From contig JAKAWR010000002.1 in the NCBI GenBank assembly GCA_021816935.1, forward strand, positions 3,039-67,038: DNA of 64,000 nt. Reading direction: 5' to 3'. Position numbers and translations under genes: made by a program. Positions 55,801 to 63,224 of this stretch are shown in pieces. Each line of letters begins with the position of its first letter. Within the stretch, counting starts at the first letter, position 1. This DNA is from Actinomycetes bacterium (GTDB lineage: Bacteria; Actinomycetota; Acidimicrobiia; Acidimicrobiales; JAMCPL01). The notes below the pieces were generated by a model. That model was given only the letters and a program-made list of their open reading frames with translations. It was not told the origin of the DNA and made no database searches.

Positions 55801-56756
55801 ACGCATGGGCGGATAACAAGGATGGCAACGACGGCGAGTCGTGCAGTTGGGGCAGTGGGGACTGCTGGGACTTTACCACCGGCGAAGACAATGACGCCGG
55901 AAGCGAAGGGATCAACTGGTACGAGGACAACACCTGTGACGCCGCGGGCAACCCCGGGAACGGTATCTGCAACGGGAACGAGGGCCCCTGGTCCCAGGAT
56001 GGAGACGAGTACCAGGTCTGGACCGGCGAGCCCGGCGTCAACTGGGACGACAACGCCTGCGACGCCGCTGGTAACCCCGGCGGGTTTGGCGGCCCGTGCT
56101 ACCCCTGGGCCCCGGGCAGCGAAGCGTCAGCGGACGGGAGCGGGATCCTCAACACCGACGTCGTCGATCCGGGAGCCTGGAACGACAACGCCTGCGACAT
56201 GGCCGGATCGAGCTCGGGAGCTTGCTCGTTCAATACCGAAGGTCCCTGGTCCCACGACGGCGACGAGACGCTGATCTGGACGGGCGAGCCCGGCGTCAAC
56301 TGGGACGACAACGCCTGCGACGCCGCTGGTAACCCCGGCGGGCTCCTCGGCCCGTGCTACCCCGACATCCCGGGCACCGAAGCGTCAGCGGACGTGACCG
56401 GGATCCTCAACACCGACGTCACCGAAACCATCAACTGGACCGACCCTGCGTGCGACTATGCCGGCAACCCTGGAGGGCACGGCTGTGCCGCCGAGAACGA
56501 CGGTGACGAGACCTACGAGACCAATGAGTCCATCAACTGGCACGATGACAACGCCTGCGACGCGGTCGGCAATCCGCTCGGGTGGTGCCTCCTCTACACG
56601 GACGAGGCGGCTGACGGTACCGGAACCGCCAACTCGGATGCCACCGATCCGTACACCTGGACCGACAATGCCTGCGACATGGCGAGCAACACGACTTCTC
56701 CCTGTGCGACAGAGCCTGACGGCGACGAGACCTACGCCAGCAATCCCGTCCCGTAG
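52854..56756 (+). CDS. giant prepilin-type protein, PilV-like (module B), with CarboxypepD_reg-like and IPT/TIG-like domains and a C-terminal array of Cys/Asp/Asn-rich repeats
   Basis: ..RLRLRQSEG|MTLVEVLIAIFLIVMVL (Glu+5). The likely start is ATG 52896, giving a 20-aa leader. ..GCVSFVGIAQGNYTVTA.., GPIAGGNTVYICGNNF, then about 14 copies of W-x-D-(N/D)-x-C-D-A-A-G-N-P-x(2-6)-C. Confidence 0.75.
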   Translation: MDDHREGRNREAAGMTRSRSSLPVRRLRLRQSEGMTLVEVLIAIFLIVMVLAPAAALLTNEIGVTQSTKHRTVAAGLATSTLNCTEASHLSQLEGQLGIDSSGLTYTPPPASQQAPCTLNLGSQYEVAGSPGTTRWGSSTTNTAGTPCQSGAAGPGLPNLYDSTACVQETDSVSNSGINLERTQTMQFVTAASGGGETIPVKNTCYGGTLNNSPPIMLETTTTVSWPQHGKAAGTPGAAATAQSRLFTPSQIDVEVYSTSATPPGPYNGASVTISGPTTMSTLVTGTTGCVSFVGIAQGNYTVTAKSGSTTLGSQGVDVTPGSIHGIVIMTATNCTTLGNCPAPPGGPPVVDGIYPTEGPIAGGNTVYICGNNFSDGSAGTTTTVSSVFFGADSDPNRQAAQYTLLGSVPTEVTDNMSTCDPGASTPLQVLQVTAPAWADASQPGGGNVNVVVANSVGEASNQPLYTYTALPIIYTISENQCTPTPSGCVTNSIPTGWNCSSSTDCYNPCFPAASACGPVGTASGGQFLELYGYNFSGVNNVAFCIFLPSPPSSGGQPFAGIGPNIYSGTLSGLNPSNATTEQQQLFQNGNNSNCGLVDATFQVQSDSEITLQTPSDWFYCPIGNPGLYVSYFNFCTGLDIPENSAHNYAALFVTSQYTSQSGQSAGSSCSTAGSCTLNVSPAGGTQGCPETNTYPAPPAPYLPAIGNGVTCWYHFDSQGEPPINYTDNACDAAGNPLGYCLLDTDEAADGTGILNTDTVDPYTWTDNACDMGQENGWTVGGTCASEPDGDGVEPPPTYSDNQCDAAGNPLGWCYTDTDALADATSTGNGDATDQVNWTDNACDAAGNPGWAGCNGNEPPNGSDGDGEYQIWSNEPGINWSDDLACDANGNPSWCNTDSDGLADSTGTGNGDATDQVNWTDNACDAAGNPGWAGCNGNEPPGGCDECYWGEYEYQIWTGEPGTSWDDNTCDAANNGALSGCQDAWADNKDGNDGESCSWGSGDCWDFTTGEDNDAGSEGINWYEDNTCDAAGNPGNGICNGNEGPWSQDGDEYQVWTGEPGVNWDDNACDAAGNPGGFGGPCYPWAPGSEASADGSGILNTDVVDPGAWNDNACDMAGSSSGACSFNTEGPWSHDGDETLIWTGEPGVNWDDNACDAAGNPGGLLGPCYPDIPGTEASADVTGILNTDVTETINWTDPACDYAGNPGGHGCAAENDGDETYETNESINWHDDNACDAVGNPLGWCLLYTDEAADGTGTANSDATDPYTWTDNACDMASNTTSPCATEPDGDETYASNPVP
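55331..55676. repeat. 103-bp perfect direct repeat, two copies 243 bp apart, inside the Cys/Asp repeat array
   Basis: caccggcaacggtgacgccaccgaccaagtcaactggaccgacaacgcctgtgacgccgcgggcaacccggggtgggcgggctgcaacgggaacgaaccgccg occurs at 55331-55433 and 55574-55676. A second 60-bp perfect pair lies at 56025-56084 and 56283-56342. Confidence 0.9.
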
Positions 56757-56943
56757 ACCATCCGTTCCCGTACCTGTACTGGGAAGTTGGCAACACCTGG
56801 TCGGGATTCGACCAGGCCGAAACAGGGTCGGCAATAGGATGCTGCCTCCCTGCGTGAACAGGATCAGGCAGGCGGCTCGTGGTGGGCAGGATCAAAGAAG
56901 TGCACGTCGTTGATCATGCCCGGATGGTAAAGTTACTGGAGGC

Positions 56944-58020
56944 ATGGGAGCTCCGACAAATCACCAACCCGAAAGGACTGAGATGAGCGAAATGGTATCG
57001 ACTACGCGAAGGGACTCGACGGGTTCTCGCCCGGCGGCACCTTCATCGATCACGCCGCTACCTCCCGCTGGAAGGGTGCTCGCGCCGGTTCTCCTGGCTG
57101 TCACAGTATCCCTGCTGGCGGCGGCATGCACTTCCACGGGAGCAATCAGCAACGCCGCAAAGTACCTCTCGCATATCCGTCACGCCGGGGCGGCCACGAT
57201 AGCGGGATCCACCGCAGGAGTGGCACTCCAGGTAAGCATAGGGGGAAGTGGCACCCTGCCTATCGACCAGGGGGAGATCGACCTTGCACATGGTCTTACA
57301 TCGATAGCCGCTGTCGCCAAACCTCCCGGCTCGTCCACCCCGGCGACCATCAGGGGGGTGGATACGCCTACCGTGATCTACCAGGAGCTTCTATCGAACT
57401 ACGCCCCAAAGGGGCTCAAGCAGCCGCTTCCGGCGCTGCTCGGCGGTAAGACCTGGGAGCAGCTGACGTCCACCCTCGGCTCTTCGGGCATCCAGGGCAA
57501 CGCCCAGTACTTTAACAGCGAGATCTACAACCCGTTCTGGCTGCTGTCGACCCTCGGTGGCGCATCTGCTCCCGTAAAAGACCTCGGGTCGTCAACCGTC
57601 GGGACCGTCAGCGCGACCCATTACAGCTTCCGGGTCAACCTGCAGGCTGCGGCTGCGAGCTCCCAGGCGGTCAAAGCCGGTCTCGGGCCCATCATGTCCG
57701 ACGAGGCCGCCTTTCTCGGGGTAGCGACTTTCCCCGCGCAGGTATGGCTCGACAACCAGGGGCGTGTCGTGCAGCTGTTCGTCACGCTGACCTTTCCGTC
57801 GAGCAAGTACGAGACGGCCGTCAAGACGCGGCCAGCGGCAACGGTAGAGCTCATCCTGTCGGGCTACGGCTCGCCGATCTCGCCGATTTCCGTACCGCCC
57901 GCATCGTCGGTGGCCACTGCTCAGCAGGTCAACCAGGTTGAGGCCGCAGCACAGAGCGCGACACCCCCCTCGACCACCAGCTCCAGCTCGCCGTCGCCCG
58001 GCACCGGAAGCGGCGGCTGA
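56944..58020 (+). CDS. lipoprotein of unknown function
   Basis: Lipobox ..SLLAAAC|TSTG and a globular domain ending ..FPAQVWLDNQGRVVQLFVTLTFPS.. plus a Ser/Pro tail. It is loosely LppX/LprG-like in layout (my impression only). Confidence 0.6.
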   Translation: MGAPTNHQPERTEMSEMVSTTRRDSTGSRPAAPSSITPLPPAGRVLAPVLLAVTVSLLAAACTSTGAISNAAKYLSHIRHAGAATIAGSTAGVALQVSIGGSGTLPIDQGEIDLAHGLTSIAAVAKPPGSSTPATIRGVDTPTVIYQELLSNYAPKGLKQPLPALLGGKTWEQLTSTLGSSGIQGNAQYFNSEIYNPFWLLSTLGGASAPVKDLGSSTVGTVSATHYSFRVNLQAAAASSQAVKAGLGPIMSDEAAFLGVATFPAQVWLDNQGRVVQLFVTLTFPSSKYETAVKTRPAATVELILSGYGSPISPISVPPASSVATAQQVNQVEAAAQSATPPSTTSSSSPSPGTGSGG

Positions 58021-58089
58021 TAGCCCGGAGGGTCCCGCTAAGCGCTTCCCCGTAATACCAGCAAGGACGACTTCGCCCCTACCGCAACA

Positions 58090-58253
58090 AGAGCCTCAGC
58101 GGATAGGGAGGTTGGATCAGGGAGTCGTTCATCCAGGCGAGTAGAGCAAGGCGGAGGAGGAGAGGCAGGCTGGAGTGCCTGACTGACGACGACAACGCAG
58201 CAATGCGACGCCTGGGGGGCGACGAGCCCGAGATCCCTATCCGCTGAGGCTCT
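58090..58253. repeat. hairpin-type dispersed repeat, copy 2 (perfect 20-bp inverted arms around 124 nt) between convergent genes
   Basis: agagcctcagcggataggga (58090-58109) is the exact reverse complement of tccctatccgctgaggctct (58234-58253). Confidence 0.85.
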
Positions 58254-58262
58254 AAGCTACGT

Positions 58263-59267
58263 TCAGGAGGCGTCGAAGTCACCGGGTCCCTCTTTGCCCC
58301 CAATGCTTCCCGAACTGTTCAGGACGGCTGTAATGCCCGTGACGTTGAACGCAGGCGCGCTCGGGACGTCGACTGCACTCCCGAACGAGGAAAGGGTCTC
58401 GCTCACACTGCCAGCCGACGGAGCAGCTCCCCCCGGAGACTCCAACGCTATCTCCACGACCCGCCCTGAAGTGTTCACGACCACGTCAGCACTGAAAGTG
58501 GGCACGTCGCCGAGAACGTTACGCCGCATGGCCTCTGCCGTGGCTGCCGCAAGGGCCTTCTCGGGGCCTGCCGCCTCATCCGCAGCCCGATGGAAGTTCA
58601 CAACCACCGCGAAGCTCTCGCCGCCTCCCCCGGATGCCCCGGTCCCCTCTGAACCCGCCGGCCCCGGCGCAACAGCACCTCTCACGACCCCCCACGACAC
58701 TTCGTCGAGCAGGAACCGGGGATCGCAAAGCCCCGCTTGGAGCGCTATCGCGAACGAACCTGTAACGACTCGCTCGTATTCCTTCGCCGTCGCACTGACC
58801 CAGGTATAGATCGCAGGTGCGCCTGCTACTCCGCCGGCCGTCCCCCCGGCACCCGCTCCCGCCTGCACGGAGCTGGAGGTGCCCAGATAGTAGGCCTTCG
58901 GGTAATAGAGGATCTCGTGAGACAGCGGCGGCGTGCCACTGCGGGGAGCTTGTGGGAAGCTCACCTGAACCGACGCCATACTCCTGGCAAAGTCGGCCAC
59001 TCCCGTACCCGCCACCACGCCGCCCGTAGCGCCGCCGGACCAGGCGCCGGATAGCGACATGTCCACCGCCGCCGTCGAGGAGTCGGTCGCGGAGAGCGCT
59101 GCAAGCACCTTGTCGAGCGCAGCCGTCTGCGTGCGGGGCGGGACCGGCCCATACGAACCACCGGACCCACCTCCCCCGTCGCATGCGGCAACAAGCAGTG
59201 GGAGCATCCAGACCAACGCAGCGCACGGCGTACCGAGCCTGGACCGGAGCGTAACGGGTGCCCTCAT
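58263..59267 (-). CDS. lipoprotein of unknown function
   Basis: Lipobox ..PLLVAAC|DGGGG. The domain layout resembles 56944..58020 and 34197..35444 (..VVVNTSGRVVEIALES..). Confidence 0.6.
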   Translation of the reverse strand: MRAPVTLRSRLGTPCAALVWMLPLLVAACDGGGGSGGSYGPVPPRTQTAALDKVLAALSATDSSTAAVDMSLSGAWSGGATGGVVAGTGVADFARSMASVQVSFPQAPRSGTPPLSHEILYYPKAYYLGTSSSVQAGAGAGGTAGGVAGAPAIYTWVSATAKEYERVVTGSFAIALQAGLCDPRFLLDEVSWGVVRGAVAPGPAGSEGTGASGGGGESFAVVVNFHRAADEAAGPEKALAAATAEAMRRNVLGDVPTFSADVVVNTSGRVVEIALESPGGAAPSAGSVSETLSSFGSAVDVPSAPAFNVTGITAVLNSSGSIGGKEGPGDFDAS

Positions 59268-59289
59268 AACCTGACGGGTACTCCAGCAG

Positions 59290-59811
59290 TTACCAGAGCT
59301 GTCCTCCTTCGAAGCGCCAGCGCAGGCTTACGACCTTCATTGGCCCGAGCATCGCCACCCAAATGAGAACCCACGTACTCAGTATATGGATCGCGAACAT
59401 CGCCGTCCCGGCGGAGGCCAGCGCCCAGCTACCGTTCTCGACATGGGTCAAATGGATCACGTACCAGAGCGCGATCCCTTCCGGAATCACGGCAACCAGG
59501 GTGAACAGGGGTGGCCAGTCCTTGTTCCAGCGGTACTGCTGTGCAAAGTGGTACACCAGCTCCCAGACGATCCCCAAAACGGCCATGAGCCCGAGCGTCT
59601 CGAAGGTCATCCGGTAATCAAACGGGAGGGCATTGTACGCCACTGGTAGGGACACCATGACCCTGTTCATCTGCATCGGGACCATGCCGGCACCTCCCGA
59701 TCCCATTGACGGGCTCGGGAGGAACGGAGTCACGATGGCCGTCCAGACCACTCCGACCGTGAGCAGGAGGAAAAGCCTCGTCTCGATCCGTCCACGGAGG
59801 GTGAACGTCAT
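59290..59811 (-). CDS. small polytopic membrane protein of unknown function
   Basis: About 5 hydrophobic helices. ATG at 59811 (MTFTLRGRIETRLFLLLTVGVVW) sits directly after the upstream stop at 59808-59810. The track start at 59841 overlaps that gene. Confidence 0.6.
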   Translation of the reverse strand: MTFTLRGRIETRLFLLLTVGVVWTAIVTPFLPSPSMGSGGAGMVPMQMNRVMVSLPVAYNALPFDYRMTFETLGLMAVLGIVWELVYHFAQQYRWNKDWPPLFTLVAVIPEGIALWYVIHLTHVENGSWALASAGTAMFAIHILSTWVLIWVAMLGPMKVVSLRWRFEGGQLW

Positions 59812-61400
59812 GGTTCCGCCATCCTCATCCTTCGCCACCACGCGGCGACGGAACGACCGGTACCCAGCCTGCGGACGAACCCATCTTCAGCGAGTTTGCG
59901 GTGCACAGCCCAGGCAACGTAGTGGTATCCCCAGAAGGAATACATCGGTATCAGATACGGGTTCCCAAGCGTCGCGAAACCTGATGCGAACAACCTGCCG
60001 TTGCCACTGTGCATCGAATCGATCTCGAAGCTCGCATCGACCGCGAACTGCCCCAGCCCGTTGAGCCGAGCACCTCCGCAGTCGACCAGATCCGCCAGCA
60101 GGGAATGCTTGCGCAGGTCGATATCGACGCCGGCCGCATCGATGACGTAGTCCACTTCCAACACCCTCTCCGCCTCGCCGGTACCTGCCAACGGCTCGAC
60201 ATGAGCACGCACGTGCCCGGAACCGTCACCGCCGTCAGCGGATTCGAGGCAGCCGGCCGCGCCGAGGACGGTGTGATACCAGCCTTCCCTCCTACCGCGC
60301 TCTATCCGGCTGGTCCAGACTTTGCGCTTGGGAATGGCGGTGCTCGCAAGCTTGGTGAACAGGTCGATACGCTCCGCGTCCGACTGCAGCGCCCCGTACC
60401 TCCGGTGCAGCTGGCCGCCGAACGCTCCCTTTGCAAAGGTGAACGGCTGGTAGCAAAAGCCGTTGCCACCGGGTATCCTGAACCGTGCCGGTCCTTTGGG
60501 ACCGTCAAAGAAGCTGTGGTAGAGGTGGAAAATCTCCACGGCCGTCCCATAGCTGTCCCTGTCTGCGATCAGGCGACCCAGAACCTCCATCGACGACGAC
60601 GCTGCTCCCCTCACGAGCACCTTCGACCCCGGATGGCGGCGGATCTCTTCGTAGACATGTTCGTGTGCCTCGTAGACGTTAACGGCACGCTTGGCCTGTT
60701 CGGGGTCGGCACCGCCCTCGAAGCCCGGGAAGTGCCTAACCGCCGCAACGCCGAGCGACAGGTGGACGTAGCGCGCGGACAGGACGGCCACGCTCCCCCC
60801 GGGCCCTGGCGACAACGGATCCACCACCACGAAATATCCGCCTTCCGTACGCTTTCTCACGACCCGCGCCATCCCCGCCACGACCATCCGGTTCCACGAT
60901 ATCCTCGCGGCTTCCCGGTCCATGGTGTCGTAGAGCTGCGAAGCTCTAGGCGTGTAGTACTCGGACAGCACCGGTTCGGCGGCCAGCCGGAGCAGCATCA
61001 ACGGATTCCTGCGCCTGAACGCCTCTTCCATGCCGTATCCCGGCCAGCCCCATATGCTGTCCATCCTGTCCCCCGACCCCGACCGGATCCTCGCGTCCCG
61101 AGGTATCTGGGAGTTATCGAGTTGGGACTCGAGGTTGCTGTACGGCCTCAGCGCAGGAGTCACCACGGTCATGCTCTCCACGGGTAATCCGGCCACGCGC
61201 AGGAAGTCGACCATCGCGAACGTCCCGATACCGCCTCCGATGGCGACGAACGGAACGTCTTTGATCTCGAAGCCGTGCGATTGAACCATGCCATCGCTCC
61301 AGCTGGATTGTCCTGCCAGAGCGGCCGGTAACAACGGTTCGGGGGCGGCATCGCTCACGGATGCAACCCGGCCCGGATCCGTTCGGCTTTCAGTGATCAA
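59808..61400 (-). CDS. FAD/NAD(P)-binding (two-dinucleotide-binding-domain) oxidoreductase-like protein of unknown function
   Basis: N-terminal Rossmann fingerprint ..VPFVAIGGGIGTFAMVDFLRVAG.. and a second, degenerate one at ..KVLVRGAASSSMEVLGRL.. It abuts the upstream gene with no gap (61400/61401). Confidence 0.6.
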   Translation of the reverse strand: MITESRTDPGRVASVSDAAPEPLLPAALAGQSSWSDGMVQSHGFEIKDVPFVAIGGGIGTFAMVDFLRVAGLPVESMTVVTPALRPYSNLESQLDNSQIPRDARIRSGSGDRMDSIWGWPGYGMEEAFRRRNPLMLLRLAAEPVLSEYYTPRASQLYDTMDREAARISWNRMVVAGMARVVRKRTEGGYFVVVDPLSPGPGGSVAVLSARYVHLSLGVAAVRHFPGFEGGADPEQAKRAVNVYEAHEHVYEEIRRHPGSKVLVRGAASSSMEVLGRLIADRDSYGTAVEIFHLYHSFFDGPKGPARFRIPGGNGFCYQPFTFAKGAFGGQLHRRYGALQSDAERIDLFTKLASTAIPKRKVWTSRIERGRREGWYHTVLGAAGCLESADGGDGSGHVRAHVEPLAGTGEAERVLEVDYVIDAAGVDIDLRKHSLLADLVDCGGARLNGLGQFAVDASFEIDSMHSGNGRLFASGFATLGNPYLIPMYSFWGYHYVAWAVHRKLAEDGFVRRLGTGRSVAAWWRRMRMAEP

Positions 61401-62786
61401 CTAACCCACCAGCCTCTTCACGATCGCTGGGGGTTCCAACGCTATGGCTATCCCGTCGGGCGATTCACCGATATGCATGGGCACGCCTGCACAGTTGCGC
61501 GCGATATTTATCGGAGTGACGTCTCCTGCCCGCGTCGCCGTCCCGGTATCGGCCACGTAGGCCCACTTCCCATCCGGCGTTATCGCCACGACCGACGGTG
61601 CCGGCCCGACAGTTATGGGTACGCCGGCCACATTCGTCGAAAGGTCGATGGGGGTCACTGTGAAGCCGCCGTTCCTGTTGCCGGTCCGGCCTCCTGCGAA
61701 TCCCCAACCGGAATTAGCTACGTAGGCCCATTTCCCATTCGGAGTTATCGCTATCCAAAGCGGCGCCGAGCCCACCCGTATCAGGCGACCAGGCCGGCCG
61801 GTGGACGTGTTGATAGGCAACACGGTATCTCCCGGAAACTCCGGCCATCCTGCATTTGCCACGTAGATCCATCGCCCGTCAGGTGTAATTGCTATTGCCA
61901 TCGGCCCGCCCCTCGGGCCGGCGCCTGTCGCAATCGGAGGACCGGTTGCACCGGTTGCAAGATTAACGGCAACCATGTACGCCACCGGATGCACCGGCGT
62001 GCCGGAATCCACGACGTAGGCCGTCGCGCCGTCGGGCGCTAAAGCGATCGCCCCTGGACCCGGGCCTACATCGATCGGCTTACCCGGCCTGCCGGTCGCC
62101 ACGTCTATGGGCAGGATGTCGTAAGCATCAATTGCGAACGAACTCTTACCGCTCCCGCCGAGCAGGCCCATGTCGACCACATAAAGCGTCCTACCATCCG
62201 GGGTCACGGCTCCCTCCAGCGGGCCAAGGCCGGCATCGATAGGCCGTCCTGGCCGGCCGGTGGCAAGATCGATCGGCACCACTGCTCCCCGGATCTCTTG
62301 GCCGGGGGAGTGAGGGCTGGGTCCTCTTGCGAGACCGGCGTCCATGACAAAAGCCCTCCGCCCATCCGGCGTTATGACGACATCTAATGGAGCTGGGCCG
62401 ACTTTGATCGGAGATCCCACCTTCCGCGAGGCAAGATCGACTGGATATATGTTTCCGGACTCGCCGTCGGCAACGAGTGCTACGAGTTGATCCGGTCCCG
62501 TTGACGGTGCAGGCCCATAACCGCATGCCGCCGGTGAAATAGATACCCGTTGTCCGGTTGATTGGCGCCGGCTCACCGGGTGCCGTGGCGAGGACGTGCA
62601 ACCCACCAGGCCAAGCGAAGCTGCTGCAACCGCGAAGAGCAACGCGAGCCTGGTTCTGACCGCCGGAGCCAATCGCTCCCAACGGGTCGCCCCGCTCGGT
62701 AGCTCACGCCTTGGAGCGCGCGGACCAACCTCGTGGTCGTGCCGCTGTATCCTTATTGACGCGTCCACACGCGCGTAATAGTGCAA
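61401..62786 (-). CDS. YVTN-type beta-propeller repeat lipoprotein
   Basis: Lipobox ..ASLGLVGC|TSS, then repeated ~45-aa units ..PIDxATGxPGxPIxVGxGPxxIAITPDGxxAYVAN/VD.. typical of the 40-residue YVTN / lactonase-like propeller. Confidence 0.75.
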   Translation of the reverse strand: MHYYARVDASIRIQRHDHEVGPRAPRRELPSGATRWERLAPAVRTRLALLFAVAAASLGLVGCTSSPRHPVSRRQSTGQRVSISPAACGYGPAPSTGPDQLVALVADGESGNIYPVDLASRKVGSPIKVGPAPLDVVITPDGRRAFVMDAGLARGPSPHSPGQEIRGAVVPIDLATGRPGRPIDAGLGPLEGAVTPDGRTLYVVDMGLLGGSGKSSFAIDAYDILPIDVATGRPGKPIDVGPGPGAIALAPDGATAYVVDSGTPVHPVAYMVAVNLATGATGPPIATGAGPRGGPMAIAITPDGRWIYVANAGWPEFPGDTVLPINTSTGRPGRLIRVGSAPLWIAITPNGKWAYVANSGWGFAGGRTGNRNGGFTVTPIDLSTNVAGVPITVGPAPSVVAITPDGKWAYVADTGTATRAGDVTPINIARNCAGVPMHIGESPDGIAIALEPPAIVKRLVG

Positions 62787-62883
62787 GTGGCTACCGAACC
62801 GACCGTACGTATGTCACCACATCGAGTGTAGCACGCGCCCAAAAAATAGGCCGCAGCGTCGCCGCACTCACCATCAGAGCCCG

Positions 62884-63096
62884 GTAAGGGCCCGTGTCAT
62901 AATTAGTGGGATGATATCCGGCGAGTCAGGGGCGTCATCTGGCAAGGATGCGCAACAGTCCGGTGGACTGTTGCGGGACAGGCATGGCGAAGCACATTGT
63001 ATGCATGTACCAGGGAGTACATCGAGGACGAGGACACAGCCAGGGGCGTCATCTGGCCGTCGGGATCGCTCAATTAATTATGACACGGGCCCTAAC
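62884..63096. repeat. structured non-coding element: 22-bp terminal inverted repeats, subterminal 17-bp direct repeats and an internal perfect hairpin
   Basis: agggcccgtgtcataatta (62887-62905) is the reverse complement of taattatgacacgggccct (63075-63093). caggggcgtcatctggc occurs at 62927-62943 and 63041-63057. The hairpin is cgcaacagtc-cggtg-gactgttgcg at 62951-62975. Confidence 0.6.
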
Positions 63097-63224
63097 CTAC
63101 AGCGACAAGCTCCCGCCGGGAGCCGCCGGAGCCGCCGGAGCCGCCCTTCACGCAACAAGATAAAACGGCGGTATGACCTGGGTTGACTACTGCTCGCGGG
63201 TACCGAGATGGTAATGTTCTTGGC

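Noticed and set aside
28020-58254. The 30.2-kb segment between the identical 29-bp repeats considered as a bona fide integrated mobile island
   Set aside because: It is not called as a feature. I recognised no integrase, recombinase, transposase or tRNA target in or near it. Each repeat is part of a complete hairpin element, which fits a REP-like family better. I keep it only as a hypothesis under the repeat finding.
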